From: Candidatus Kuenenia stuttgartensis
GTDB taxonomy: Bacteria > Planctomycetota > Planctomycetia > Isosphaerales > Isosphaeraceae
Assembly (NCBI GenBank): GCA_945865635.1
Contig: CAMBEP010000032.1
Coordinates: 16,021 to 40,020 of the forward strand
DNA length: 24,000 nucleotides
Direction: 5' to 3'
Shown here piece after piece: positions 14,810-22,644 of the stretch. The notes beneath the pieces are model-generated. The model saw only the letters and a list, made by a program, of their open reading frames with translations. It was not told the origin of the DNA and made no database searches. The stretch's first letter is position 1; each line of letters starts with the position of its first letter. A program made the position numbers and the translations under genes.

Positions 14810-17317
14810 GTGCTTTACGGGAATTTGCCGATTTATTCGAATAATGCAATTCCGACATCCGCTTCAAAGACACTTAATTTTGCAGCCGCCTATCAATATA
14901 CGCTGAGCGATGGCACGGTGTTGCCAGCACAATTTCCGGCACCTACGATTAAGCTCAAGCAGGGCGACACACTTTCTTTGAAGATCAGCAACAGTCTGGG
15001 CGATCCCAACACCGCTCCGATGCCGCCGATTGAGGCATTGCCTACGAATTTTCACACACATGGCTTACTTGTCAGCCCATTGGGCAACGGCGACAATGTT
15101 TACCGGGCGATGAACCCGGATGGAACTTATCAGACAACCATTAACGTGCCTGATTATCAACCATCGGGTGTTGACTGGTATCATGTGCACAAACATGGTT
15201 ATTCGGCGGATCAGGTTTATGCAGGCTTGGCTGGGGTCATGCAGATTGGCGACCCATTGGACGCCTGGCCACAATATCTAGGCAAATACGACGAGAAGAT
15301 CCTTTCGCTCAGTCTTGGCCTAAAAATAACCGGAATGAATGCAAGTGGAAATCCGGTTCCCGGTTCATTGATGCTTGCCAAGCCAAACCAGACAAATGCA
15401 GAGACCTCCTATGGCAAGAATTGGCAAGTCTTTGTGAATGGCCAATTCAATCCGACGATGACAATGCAGCCAGGCGAGACGCAAATCTGGACACTGGCGG
15501 CCACCACACGCAATGGCTCATTCAATTTTGGAATTACGGACGAGAATGGTCAAAACCCATGGCAATCGACCATTCTCGGTTATGACGGCAATGACCAGGA
15601 TTCAATTCCGAGAGTTTACACACAAGTCTTGCCTACGGGATATGTCAAAAACGGCCTAATGGCGCTTGACTCTGGTGGTCGGCTGACTGTGGCTGTGACA
15701 GCCCCCACGACACCTGACACTTACTATCTAGTGAATAACCTTTTGATTCAACAAATACCTACGACTGGTAAACCGAATGCATTAATGACTATTGTGGTTG
15801 CGGGGGCGACTTCACCAAAGCCCGTGCCTGTATTTGGTCCGAACGGAGTTGTGCCCGACCTTTACACGGCCATTGCCGACCAGAAGCGCACGTTTAATTT
15901 TAATATTGAACCTGGCAACCGGTTCACGATCAATGGCTACACGTTTCCGAATGGCCCCATTGTTTCCATTCAGGCTGGAGAGGTGGAAGAGTGGCTGTTG
16001 ACCAATACGTCAGCAAACGACCACCCATTTCATATTCATCAGACTGATTTTGCAGTGATCTCAATCAATGGCCAGAAAGTTGATGTCAATGGCAAGGGAA
16101 CTTACCCATACGTTTCCATGCGCGACACCATAAATATACCAGCCGGCGGCAATGTGGTCATCCGCTTTCGAGTGAATCCCATTCCAGGTAAATTTGTATT
16201 TCATTGCCATATTTTGCCACACGAAGACCAAGGCATGATGATGTCTGTGATTGCCGGCCCAAATGCCGATGAGCTTCGAGAGGCATTGGGTGCCGGGCCT
16301 GGCGAAGGTGGTGGAGTCCTGGTTCAGGGCGGCTATGGCCAACTGCTTGGCAGACTCAACCCGCTGCCAAAAAATTGGCAGGGCGGAGTCGCCACAGCCA
16401 CTGGCAACCTGAATGCCGACATGGTTCAGGAGATTGTGGCCGGGCCAGCTTCGCGCGGTACAAAAAGCACTGTGACAATTTATAACGGCAAGGATCTATC
16501 GGTCATCAAGAAATTCAACCCATTCCCTGAATACCCGGCATCGGGTGTCAGTCTGGCCATTGGCGATATTGATCACGATGGAGTGGGCGAGATCATTGTT
16601 GGTCGGGTCGGGCCAGGGCCAAGCCTTGTTCGAATCTTTCATGCCGATGGTTCGCTTTATCTTCAGCTAAAAGGAACTTTGCCCGGAAATTATCCGAACG
16701 GCGTAAATGTCGCCTCAGCCGACTTCAACGGCGATAATTACGACGACCTCGCCATCGGTGCGGGTAAAGGAGAAAAACCGATTGTCGTCGGCCTGGACGG
16801 ATTCAGCCTGGGCCTGCCTGAAGGTGCAATTGAAGTAAAACTATTTGATTTCATTGCGCCAGGCGGGGGCAGATCCGGCGTAAATCTTGGGGCCGGATAT
16901 TTTGATCCATCCACAGTGCCAAGTTATCTGGCAAACCTGATCACGACACCCCCTTCCGGCCCTAAAAATGGCAATGTGTCGGTCTGGAATGTGCAGCCGA
17001 GCCTTGCAGGGATGGGAAACAGCATGGCAGGCATGGCCGGAATGTCGGGCGATCCGGTTTCCAATCAAGCCCAATTACCGCCACCAGGATTGATGGCCAC
17101 TTTGACCCCTTTCGGTAAACAAAGAACACCAAGAGGCTTACAGCTTACCACGACCCGACTCTCTAAGGATGGCATCGCTGCCGTGGGCGCGTGGTGGTCT
17201 GCCCACAATCCTGTTTATCAGTCGATCAGCCTGAGCGGCCTTGTTTCAACCATTTCAACACCAACTCCAAGGGGCCCGGTGGTAAAGAGTTTGAAGTCAA
17301 GTAAAGGCTTGAAATGA
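14810..17317 (+). CDS. Three-domain multicopper oxidase fused to C-terminal FG-GAP/VCBS-like repeats and a Met-rich segment (the ORF as called lacks its own N-terminal export region)
   Basis: All four Cu motifs are present: NFHTHG, WYHVHKHG, HPFHIHQTDF, HCHILPHEDQGMM. The C-terminal part has DIDHDGVGEIIVG and ADFNGDNYDDLAIG (FG-GAP-like), then AGMGNSMAGMAGMSGD. The track start is a GTG 9 nt after the TAG at 14798-14800. Confidence 0.85.
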   Translation: MLYGNLPIYSNNAIPTSASKTLNFAAAYQYTLSDGTVLPAQFPAPTIKLKQGDTLSLKISNSLGDPNTAPMPPIEALPTNFHTHGLLVSPLGNGDNVYRAMNPDGTYQTTINVPDYQPSGVDWYHVHKHGYSADQVYAGLAGVMQIGDPLDAWPQYLGKYDEKILSLSLGLKITGMNASGNPVPGSLMLAKPNQTNAETSYGKNWQVFVNGQFNPTMTMQPGETQIWTLAATTRNGSFNFGITDENGQNPWQSTILGYDGNDQDSIPRVYTQVLPTGYVKNGLMALDSGGRLTVAVTAPTTPDTYYLVNNLLIQQIPTTGKPNALMTIVVAGATSPKPVPVFGPNGVVPDLYTAIADQKRTFNFNIEPGNRFTINGYTFPNGPIVSIQAGEVEEWLLTNTSANDHPFHIHQTDFAVISINGQKVDVNGKGTYPYVSMRDTINIPAGGNVVIRFRVNPIPGKFVFHCHILPHEDQGMMMSVIAGPNADELREALGAGPGEGGGVLVQGGYGQLLGRLNPLPKNWQGGVATATGNLNADMVQEIVAGPASRGTKSTVTIYNGKDLSVIKKFNPFPEYPASGVSLAIGDIDHDGVGEIIVGRVGPGPSLVRIFHADGSLYLQLKGTLPGNYPNGVNVASADFNGDNYDDLAIGAGKGEKPIVVGLDGFSLGLPEGAIEVKLFDFIAPGGGRSGVNLGAGYFDPSTVPSYLANLITTPPSGPKNGNVSVWNVQPSLAGMGNSMAGMAGMSGDPVSNQAQLPPPGLMATLTPFGKQRTPRGLQLTTTRLSKDGIAAVGAWWSAHNPVYQSISLSGLVSTISTPTPRGPVVKSLKSSKGLK

Positions 17318-17370
17318 ATTTGCCTGGCTCTGGCTCACTGATTTAAAAATCAGCATATCTTGATCAAAAA

Positions 17371-17406
17371 AGCTGGGCGAGTTTCACCCTCGCCTGGTTT
17401 TTTTTG
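17371..17406 (+). terminator. Rho-independent terminator of the multicopper oxidase gene
   Basis: Core stem GGCGAG (17376-17381) / CTCGCC (17389-17394), extendable with G-U pairs to about 11 bp, with a 7-nt loop. It is followed by a run of 8 T (17398-17405). It lies about 55 nt after the TGA at 17315-17317. Confidence 0.7.
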
Positions 17407-17640
17407 CCCCGTTCCTCCTGGGCGATCACCAGTTCGTGGCAATTTTTGGTGGTTATGCCAGAAGATAAAGCGGCTGTTTTTTATCTAAGGTTGAGAGGTG
17501 GGATTTTATTTCGTCGGATTGCATTTGAAATCAAATGCTGATTTTGATTAGAAAACAAAAGCATGAAGAAAAGGGGGCATGCTAAAATGCCATTAATTTA
17601 AGATGTAAAAACTTAAAAATGACTTATCACTGATTCGTTG

Positions 17641-17874
17641 GTCGTCCGGAATGAATACTGAGTCAGGCTTCGTACTGTAGCCGGAGGCTTCATAGCCTGT
17701 AGCCGGTGGTTGAAGAGCGCAAGCGACGACACCACCGGATCGCGATGCGACAGTTGATGTTGCACCCCAGCAGGGGTGCCAGCCAATTCTCCAGTTATAT
17801 ATTCGGTGGTATCGCTACGCTCAACCACCGGCTACAAGCTTATGATGCATCCGGTATCGTCCGGAATCGGATGC
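17641..17874. repeat. Structured ~230-bp intergenic repeat element (nested inverted repeats; MITE-like or ncRNA-like)
   Basis: Imperfect inverted arms lie at ~17687-17740 and ~17803-17850, with a shared core TGTAGCCGGTGGTTGA...GCG. Each arm holds its own hairpin (CCGGTGGT...ACCACCGG and CGGTGGT...ACCACCG). The centre is a perfect hairpin GCACCCC-AGCA-GGGGTGC (17762-17779). An 11-nt direct repeat TCGTCCGGAAT sits at 17642-17652 and 17857-17867. Confidence 0.6.
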
Positions 17875-17965
17875 ATTAACGATTCGAAATTGTCTTAAAT
17901 CATTGTGTTATAAAAGTTTGTGCTTAACTTAATGGTATTTCAGAATGCCCCTTTTACCGCCATAG

Positions 17966-19066
17966 TCATAGCCCCAGCGCTGCCAGCCCCGGTTTTAGTG
18001 CCGCTTCGAGTTTTGACATGGTCTCGACCATCTCCGACTGGATCGCTGGCCAGTCTGTCTCGGGACTCCGGTAGCCGCCGCGTTCGATGACATGTTTGAT
18101 CCGGCAGGCCCGCTTGTTGTCGAGCCGCTCCCACGAAAGCGTTCCGCCAAACGCTTCCTCAATCCCATCTTTGCGGGCATGAAGCCGGTCAAAGATGCGT
18201 TTGTTTTCCAATGCGTCGCCACGGTCGATATAAAGTTCGGCAAGGCCGTATTCCTGGACGATCACGTAGTTGAAGCCTAGGCCCCGGGTTCCCGAGCTTG
18301 CGCCTAGCCAGTGATACGCTCCCGGTTTGATGTTGGCGTGGCGGGTGTGCCGGTTGCGAGCGATGGCGATCAACCCTTCCCAGAATTTCAGGCGCACATC
18401 GTATCGTTCCGCCCGCTTCTTGCGGCCCACCTGCTCCTTCTCCCGAAGCTGCACTTGATACTCGTTTGCTTCGGGGAGGGGGATGATCTGCTGGACATCG
18501 ATGAGCCGCTTTTCGCCGTTTAGGTAGGGGCACAGCCGCACGCACCGGATATCGATGTCCCGCTCGCGCAGCCAGAGTACGGCCGTGGTGAGTTCCTTGC
18601 CAAAATCTCCTGATACCAGCACGATACGCACATCGGGTGCGAACAATTCTTCGTCGGGCTCTTCCCACCCCAGAAAGGTGAGCATGCGTGTGCGGGCCTC
18701 TTCCGCCGCCTCGCCTATACGGGTCAGAAACTCTCCGTGGATTTGCTCGGCCCGCTCAAATGTCATCGCCGAAACCATGCTGGCGTAGCGAATGGCCTGA
18801 AGTTCCATGTGCCCGCCGTCGTTGGTTCGCTTTAATTCAATCACGACGAGGTTGGCCAGCAGGTCGATGGCCAGCAGGTCGATCCTACAGCGGCTGTCGT
18901 TCCAATCGCCGAACTCCTCGGTGAGCACATAGAGATCGTCGCCCAGCACGTTGATCTGTGTACGCAGCAGCCGTTGGAGGTCATCGCGCTCACGCACCTT
19001 CATATCGGCAAACGACGCTTGAGTGAGCGGCCGGAAGGCATCGGGAGTCATTTCGTAAAGTGGCAT
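17966..19066 (-). CDS. NucS-like (DUF91-type PD-(D/E)xK) nuclease domain protein with a C-terminal DUF4268 domain
   Basis: The N-terminal half has RIDLLAIDLLANLVVIELKRTNDGGHMELQAIRYASMV, which parallels the NucS/EndoMS nuclease core (IDLL..D..G.LV.VE.KR...Q..RY). The C-terminal part (GAYHWLGASSGTRGLGFNYVI...AELYIDRGD...NKRIFDRL...GTLSWERL) looks like DUF4268. An AGGA lies about 9-12 nt upstream of the ATG at 19066. Confidence 0.75.
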   Translation of the reverse strand: MPLYEMTPDAFRPLTQASFADMKVRERDDLQRLLRTQINVLGDDLYVLTEEFGDWNDSRCRIDLLAIDLLANLVVIELKRTNDGGHMELQAIRYASMVSAMTFERAEQIHGEFLTRIGEAAEEARTRMLTFLGWEEPDEELFAPDVRIVLVSGDFGKELTTAVLWLRERDIDIRCVRLCPYLNGEKRLIDVQQIIPLPEANEYQVQLREKEQVGRKKRAERYDVRLKFWEGLIAIARNRHTRHANIKPGAYHWLGASSGTRGLGFNYVIVQEYGLAELYIDRGDALENKRIFDRLHARKDGIEEAFGGTLSWERLDNKRACRIKHVIERGGYRSPETDWPAIQSEMVETMSKLEAALKPGLAALGL

Positions 19067-19391
19067 GTTGTGCGTCCTGATTTATGATTTTGATGGTCGG
19101 CTGCGACGGCCATGCGAAAAAGGGGTCAGCAAAAAAGGACTATTCCACGCCTGTTCGGTACCGGGTTTGCAATGTGGCCTTGAAGGTTGTTTCTTGAAGT
19201 AATCCTTTGCATCGTGAAACACCTCGGCCCACACGTTACCACGATTAAGCTCATCTTAGCAGTATTCAGCGGCTGAAGCTCTGGAAGTTCTTGACATAAA
19301 TCAATTTCGCACAAAAACGGGCGACAATTCAATGAGAAAAGCAGAATGATCCGAATGCCCCTTTCTCTTCGATGGCGGATTCAGGCCGGTA

Positions 19392-20477
19392 CTAAATGGG
19401 CAATTTCCAGTCCGAGACATTTGCGGACAATGTGGCTGCATCGAGCTTCTTTCGCGACGCTCCCAATTCCCAAGGCGAAGGTCCCACAAATTCGCTTTTG
19501 ACTCCTTCGATCTGCATGAAACCATGCTGCCGATCAAGAGTCACCAGCGCGAAGAGCGAATCTTTATAGGGCACGGTGTATTTGATGTCAGGATGTTTTT
19601 TCATGATCTCCGGAGCATATCTGTTGTGGATAAACTCCGCTCCCAGCCAGTGGTAGGACATGCTATTGATCTGCGGGTAAATGATGCCATGGATCTGCTG
19701 CACGTAGTCTCGATGATGATGGCCGGAAAAACAGGCAATGACCTTGCCTTGCCCGGTTTTGAGCTTGGGTTGTTCCAGAATCGATCGGATCGAGGCCTGG
19801 TTGGCCACGCTCGCACCTTCACGTTCCAGGCCTTGATGAATGAAGACGACGGTGGGCCGTTGTGTGGCTTCCAGATCCTGACGCAACCAGTCTGCCTGTT
19901 CGTCGAGTACATATCGGTAATAGGGGGTTTGCCCAGGCCCCTTCTCGTTGCCGTCCAAAACGATGAAATGAATGCCATGCACATCGAATGAATCGTAGCG
20001 TTTTTTCATTCCCAGAAATGCCATCGTCTCTTCCGGAGTGAAGGCATATGCCTTGTCTGGTCGAATTTTGCCATCCCCGTCCATGTCGTGGTTGCCCAGA
20101 ACATGATGACGAGGACCGTCAAACCGATTCCAGATCTCCAGAAAGCCCTGATTCTCAGGAATCGGTATGCAGAAGTCTCCCAATTGAATGACAAAATCGG
20201 GTTTTAACTTGTTCATCCGGTCGACAAAAACACCCAGTCTTTCATCCGCATCGTGCATGACATCTTTGTGGACATCGGTCATCACACCGAATCGCACGGG
20301 ACGATCCGCTTCGTTGACCTGCTGCGGCTCAGCCAGGCAAGCGAGTTGCGGTATCATGAACATGGACGTGCTGCATGCCGCAGCACTGCTCTGTAGGAAT
20401 CTTCGGCGGGCGTTCATGGATTTCTTCATGACTTGTTCTGAGGGAGATGGTTCGATTTGAGATGTGTTCGGTTTCAT
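19392..20477 (-). CDS. Tat-signal calcineurin-like metallophosphoesterase
   Basis: Twin-arginine leader NARRRFLQSSAAA. Phosphoesterase motifs DVHKD, QLGDF, GNHDMD, GHHHRD. A perfect AAGGAG sits 5 nt upstream of the ATG at 20477. Confidence 0.85.
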   Translation of the reverse strand: MKPNTSQIEPSPSEQVMKKSMNARRRFLQSSAAACSTSMFMIPQLACLAEPQQVNEADRPVRFGVMTDVHKDVMHDADERLGVFVDRMNKLKPDFVIQLGDFCIPIPENQGFLEIWNRFDGPRHHVLGNHDMDGDGKIRPDKAYAFTPEETMAFLGMKKRYDSFDVHGIHFIVLDGNEKGPGQTPYYRYVLDEQADWLRQDLEATQRPTVVFIHQGLEREGASVANQASIRSILEQPKLKTGQGKVIACFSGHHHRDYVQQIHGIIYPQINSMSYHWLGAEFIHNRYAPEIMKKHPDIKYTVPYKDSLFALVTLDRQHGFMQIEGVKSEFVGPSPWELGASRKKLDAATLSANVSDWKLPI

Positions 20478-20818
20478 GACGGCTCCTTTTGTTTTGTTTG
20501 GTTTTTTATCGTTTGATTGATGCGGGTTTTAAGTCGGCTGAACATCCAAAGGAAAAGTCGAGAGAGAGGATCAACGAGTTTGTCTGCATACTATTTAATC
20601 GACTTTCGAACCATTTGCAATGTAAGGCATTTTGTATTGTTCCAAAACCTGTATTTGAGCATCAGCATGGGGGCGACGCGTTTGGGAGCAAGGCCGTTAC
20701 CTTCTTGACTTGAAATCCAAAGAGGAATGCCTGGCTTCGTAAAAAAGTTTCATCGCCCTGCACTTCCTGTTGGTTATACTCCAAGCTATCGTTCGAGAAA
20801 AAAAAGGAGAGACCAAAG

Positions 20819-21973
20819 GTGATGGACTGGCTTGATGAGGCTTTGGGCGACCGCCGTGACCGTTCGCTCATGCGGCAACTGAGGGTCAGGCCAGTGGAGC
20901 GGGCCCGCGACTTTTCGTCGAACGATTACCTGGCTCTCAGGCATGATCCGCGATTGCATCAGGCGGGATTGGAGGCGGCCGGGGAATATGGGGCCGGGGC
21001 AGGATCAAGCCCTGCCGTGAGCGGCTGGACAAAGGCCCACGAGGCGCTCGCTTGCGAATTGACAGACTGGAAGTCGGCCGAGGCGGCCCTGCTCTTCACC
21101 TCTGGCTATGTTGCCAATCTTTCGACTGTGGCGGCCTTGGTGGGGGTGGGCGATGTGGTTTATGCCGACAGGCTTTCGCATGCATGTCTGATCGATGGCG
21201 CCAAGCTTTCAGGGGCTTTGCTGAGGGTCTTTCCGCACAATGATTCGAACCGTCTGGAATCGGCCATGAATCGCGATAAAGGTCGATATCGGCGACGATT
21301 GATCCTTACGGAGTCCGTTTTCAGTATGGATGGGGATCTTGCGCCGCTGAGGGATTTGGCGGATCTTGCCCAGCGGTTTGAGTCAATGCTTGCTGTGGAT
21401 GAAGCGCATGCGACCGGAGTTTTCCCGATCGATGGCAATGGTGCCGGTCTGGTGGAATCGCTTGATCTGGCCAGCCGGCCATTCCTGATTCGAATGGGAA
21501 CTTTGAGCAAGTCGATTGGGGTTCAGGGTGGGTATGTTGTGGGGTCACAAAAGTTGATCGACTGGCTGATTCAATCGGCCCGGGGCTGGATTTATTCCAC
21601 GGCCATATCGCCTTATCTGGCAGGTGCGGCGACCCGTTCGATCCAGATCATCCGCCAGGAACGCTGGCGTGGCATGCATGTCGTTCAGGCGGCGGGTGTT
21701 CTGCGTCAGGAACTGCTTTCGCGGGGGTGGCATGTATACTTGGGAGAATCGCCGATTGTGCCACTGATGCTGGGCCATGCAGAACTTGCCCTGAAGCTTG
21801 GCCAAGAGCTTGAGCACGCGGGGTTTGCCGTGGGCGTGATCCGCCCTCCAACGGTGCCCAGAAACACGGCCCGTCTGCGGATGAGTGTGCATGCCGACCA
21901 CTCGGTGGAGATGATCAGGGCTTTGGTTGAAGCCTTGGGGCCTAGTGATTTGGTGAGAAATACGGTAAATTAG
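20819..21973 (+). CDS. bioF: 8-amino-7-oxononanoate synthase BioF (PLP-dependent)
   Basis: SNDYLAL, SVFSMDGDLAPL, DEAHATG, and TLSKSIG (PLP Lys), with a length of about 384 aa. The track start at 20819 is GTG and an ATG follows at 20822. An AAGGAGA lies at 20804-20810. Confidence 0.88.
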   Translation: MMDWLDEALGDRRDRSLMRQLRVRPVERARDFSSNDYLALRHDPRLHQAGLEAAGEYGAGAGSSPAVSGWTKAHEALACELTDWKSAEAALLFTSGYVANLSTVAALVGVGDVVYADRLSHACLIDGAKLSGALLRVFPHNDSNRLESAMNRDKGRYRRRLILTESVFSMDGDLAPLRDLADLAQRFESMLAVDEAHATGVFPIDGNGAGLVESLDLASRPFLIRMGTLSKSIGVQGGYVVGSQKLIDWLIQSARGWIYSTAISPYLAGAATRSIQIIRQERWRGMHVVQAAGVLRQELLSRGWHVYLGESPIVPLMLGHAELALKLGQELEHAGFAVGVIRPPTVPRNTARLRMSVHADHSVEMIRALVEALGPSDLVRNTVN

Positions 21974-22029
21974 GGGCAAGTCAGAACACTTTTCAAGATC
22001 GGAATAAAGCGTCGTAAGTCCAGAGACAA

Positions 22030-22554
22030 ATGAATCCTCCCAAGCAAACACCAAGTCCTCGCGTGGCCGTCTTTACAGGCACATTTGATCCGCTGACACT
22101 GGGGCACCTGGATGTCATCAAGCGGGGGCGTCTGTTGTTTGACAAGCTGATTGTCGGGATCGGTATCAACCCAAGCAAGCAGCTTATGTTTTCTGTGGAA
22201 GAGCGGGTTGCTCTGGCCCGTCAGGTGGTGGCCGGGTTTGATAATGTTGCGGTGGAAGCCTTTGAAGGGCTGGCTGTGCAATATGTCCGAAGTATTGGTG
22301 CTGGAGTGATTTTACGCGGTGTGCGGACACTTTCCGACATGGAATATGAATTTGCCATGTCGCTGACCAACCAGCGTCTCGACCCCGGTGTCGAGACTGT
22401 CTTCTTGATGGCCGATGGCGAATACTCCCACGTATCAAGTTCATTGATTCGCCAGATTGCCACCTTTGGAGGCTGTGAATCGCTCGGGCTTTTCGTGCCC
22501 GAGATTTGTGTCCAGCCGATCCTGGAAAAATCCGGGCACATCAATCGATCGTAA
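22030..22554 (+). CDS. coaD: Phosphopantetheine adenylyltransferase CoaD
   Basis: VAVFTGTFDPLTLGHLDVIKRG (the nucleotidyltransferase T/HxGH motif context), SSSLIRQI, and a length of about 170 aa. Confidence 0.9.
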   Translation: MNPPKQTPSPRVAVFTGTFDPLTLGHLDVIKRGRLLFDKLIVGIGINPSKQLMFSVEERVALARQVVAGFDNVAVEAFEGLAVQYVRSIGAGVILRGVRTLSDMEYEFAMSLTNQRLDPGVETVFLMADGEYSHVSSSLIRQIATFGGCESLGLFVPEICVQPILEKSGHINRS

Positions 22555-22620
22555 ACGACCATCAATTGCGAGGATTGAGACCCGTTTTCTGCGCATTTTC
22601 ACAAGGGTCTGAAGGCTTTC

Positions 22621-22644
22621 CCCACCGCAACAGGGTGGGTTTAT
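22621..22644 (+). terminator. Weak candidate terminator after coaD
   Basis: CCCACC (22621-22626) pairs with GGTGGG (22634-22639) around a 7-nt loop, followed by TTTAT. It overlaps the stop codon of the convergent trpE. The short stem and short T tract keep confidence low. Confidence 0.3.

Noticed and set aside
17613-17828. 71-aa minus-strand ORF inside the structured repeat
   Set aside because: It coincides exactly with the inverted-repeat element. Its peptide resembles the artefactual translations this kind of repeat produces. It has no RBS and lies in a convergent intergenic position.
18189-18668. Long antisense or out-of-frame ORFs inside real genes (e.g. 18189..18668, 2742..3356, 13254..13871, 21545..22054, 7743..8111)
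   Set aside because: They are Arg/Pro/Gly-rich shadow frames, typical of GC-rich coding DNA. Each lies fully inside a gene with strong family motifs.
20478-20818. Search for a BirA/bioO-like inverted repeat upstream of bioF (and in 9444-9516 upstream of bioB)
   Set aside because: I found no convincing palindrome of the TGTAAACC/GGTTTACA type or any other extended inverted repeat. I make no regulatory call.
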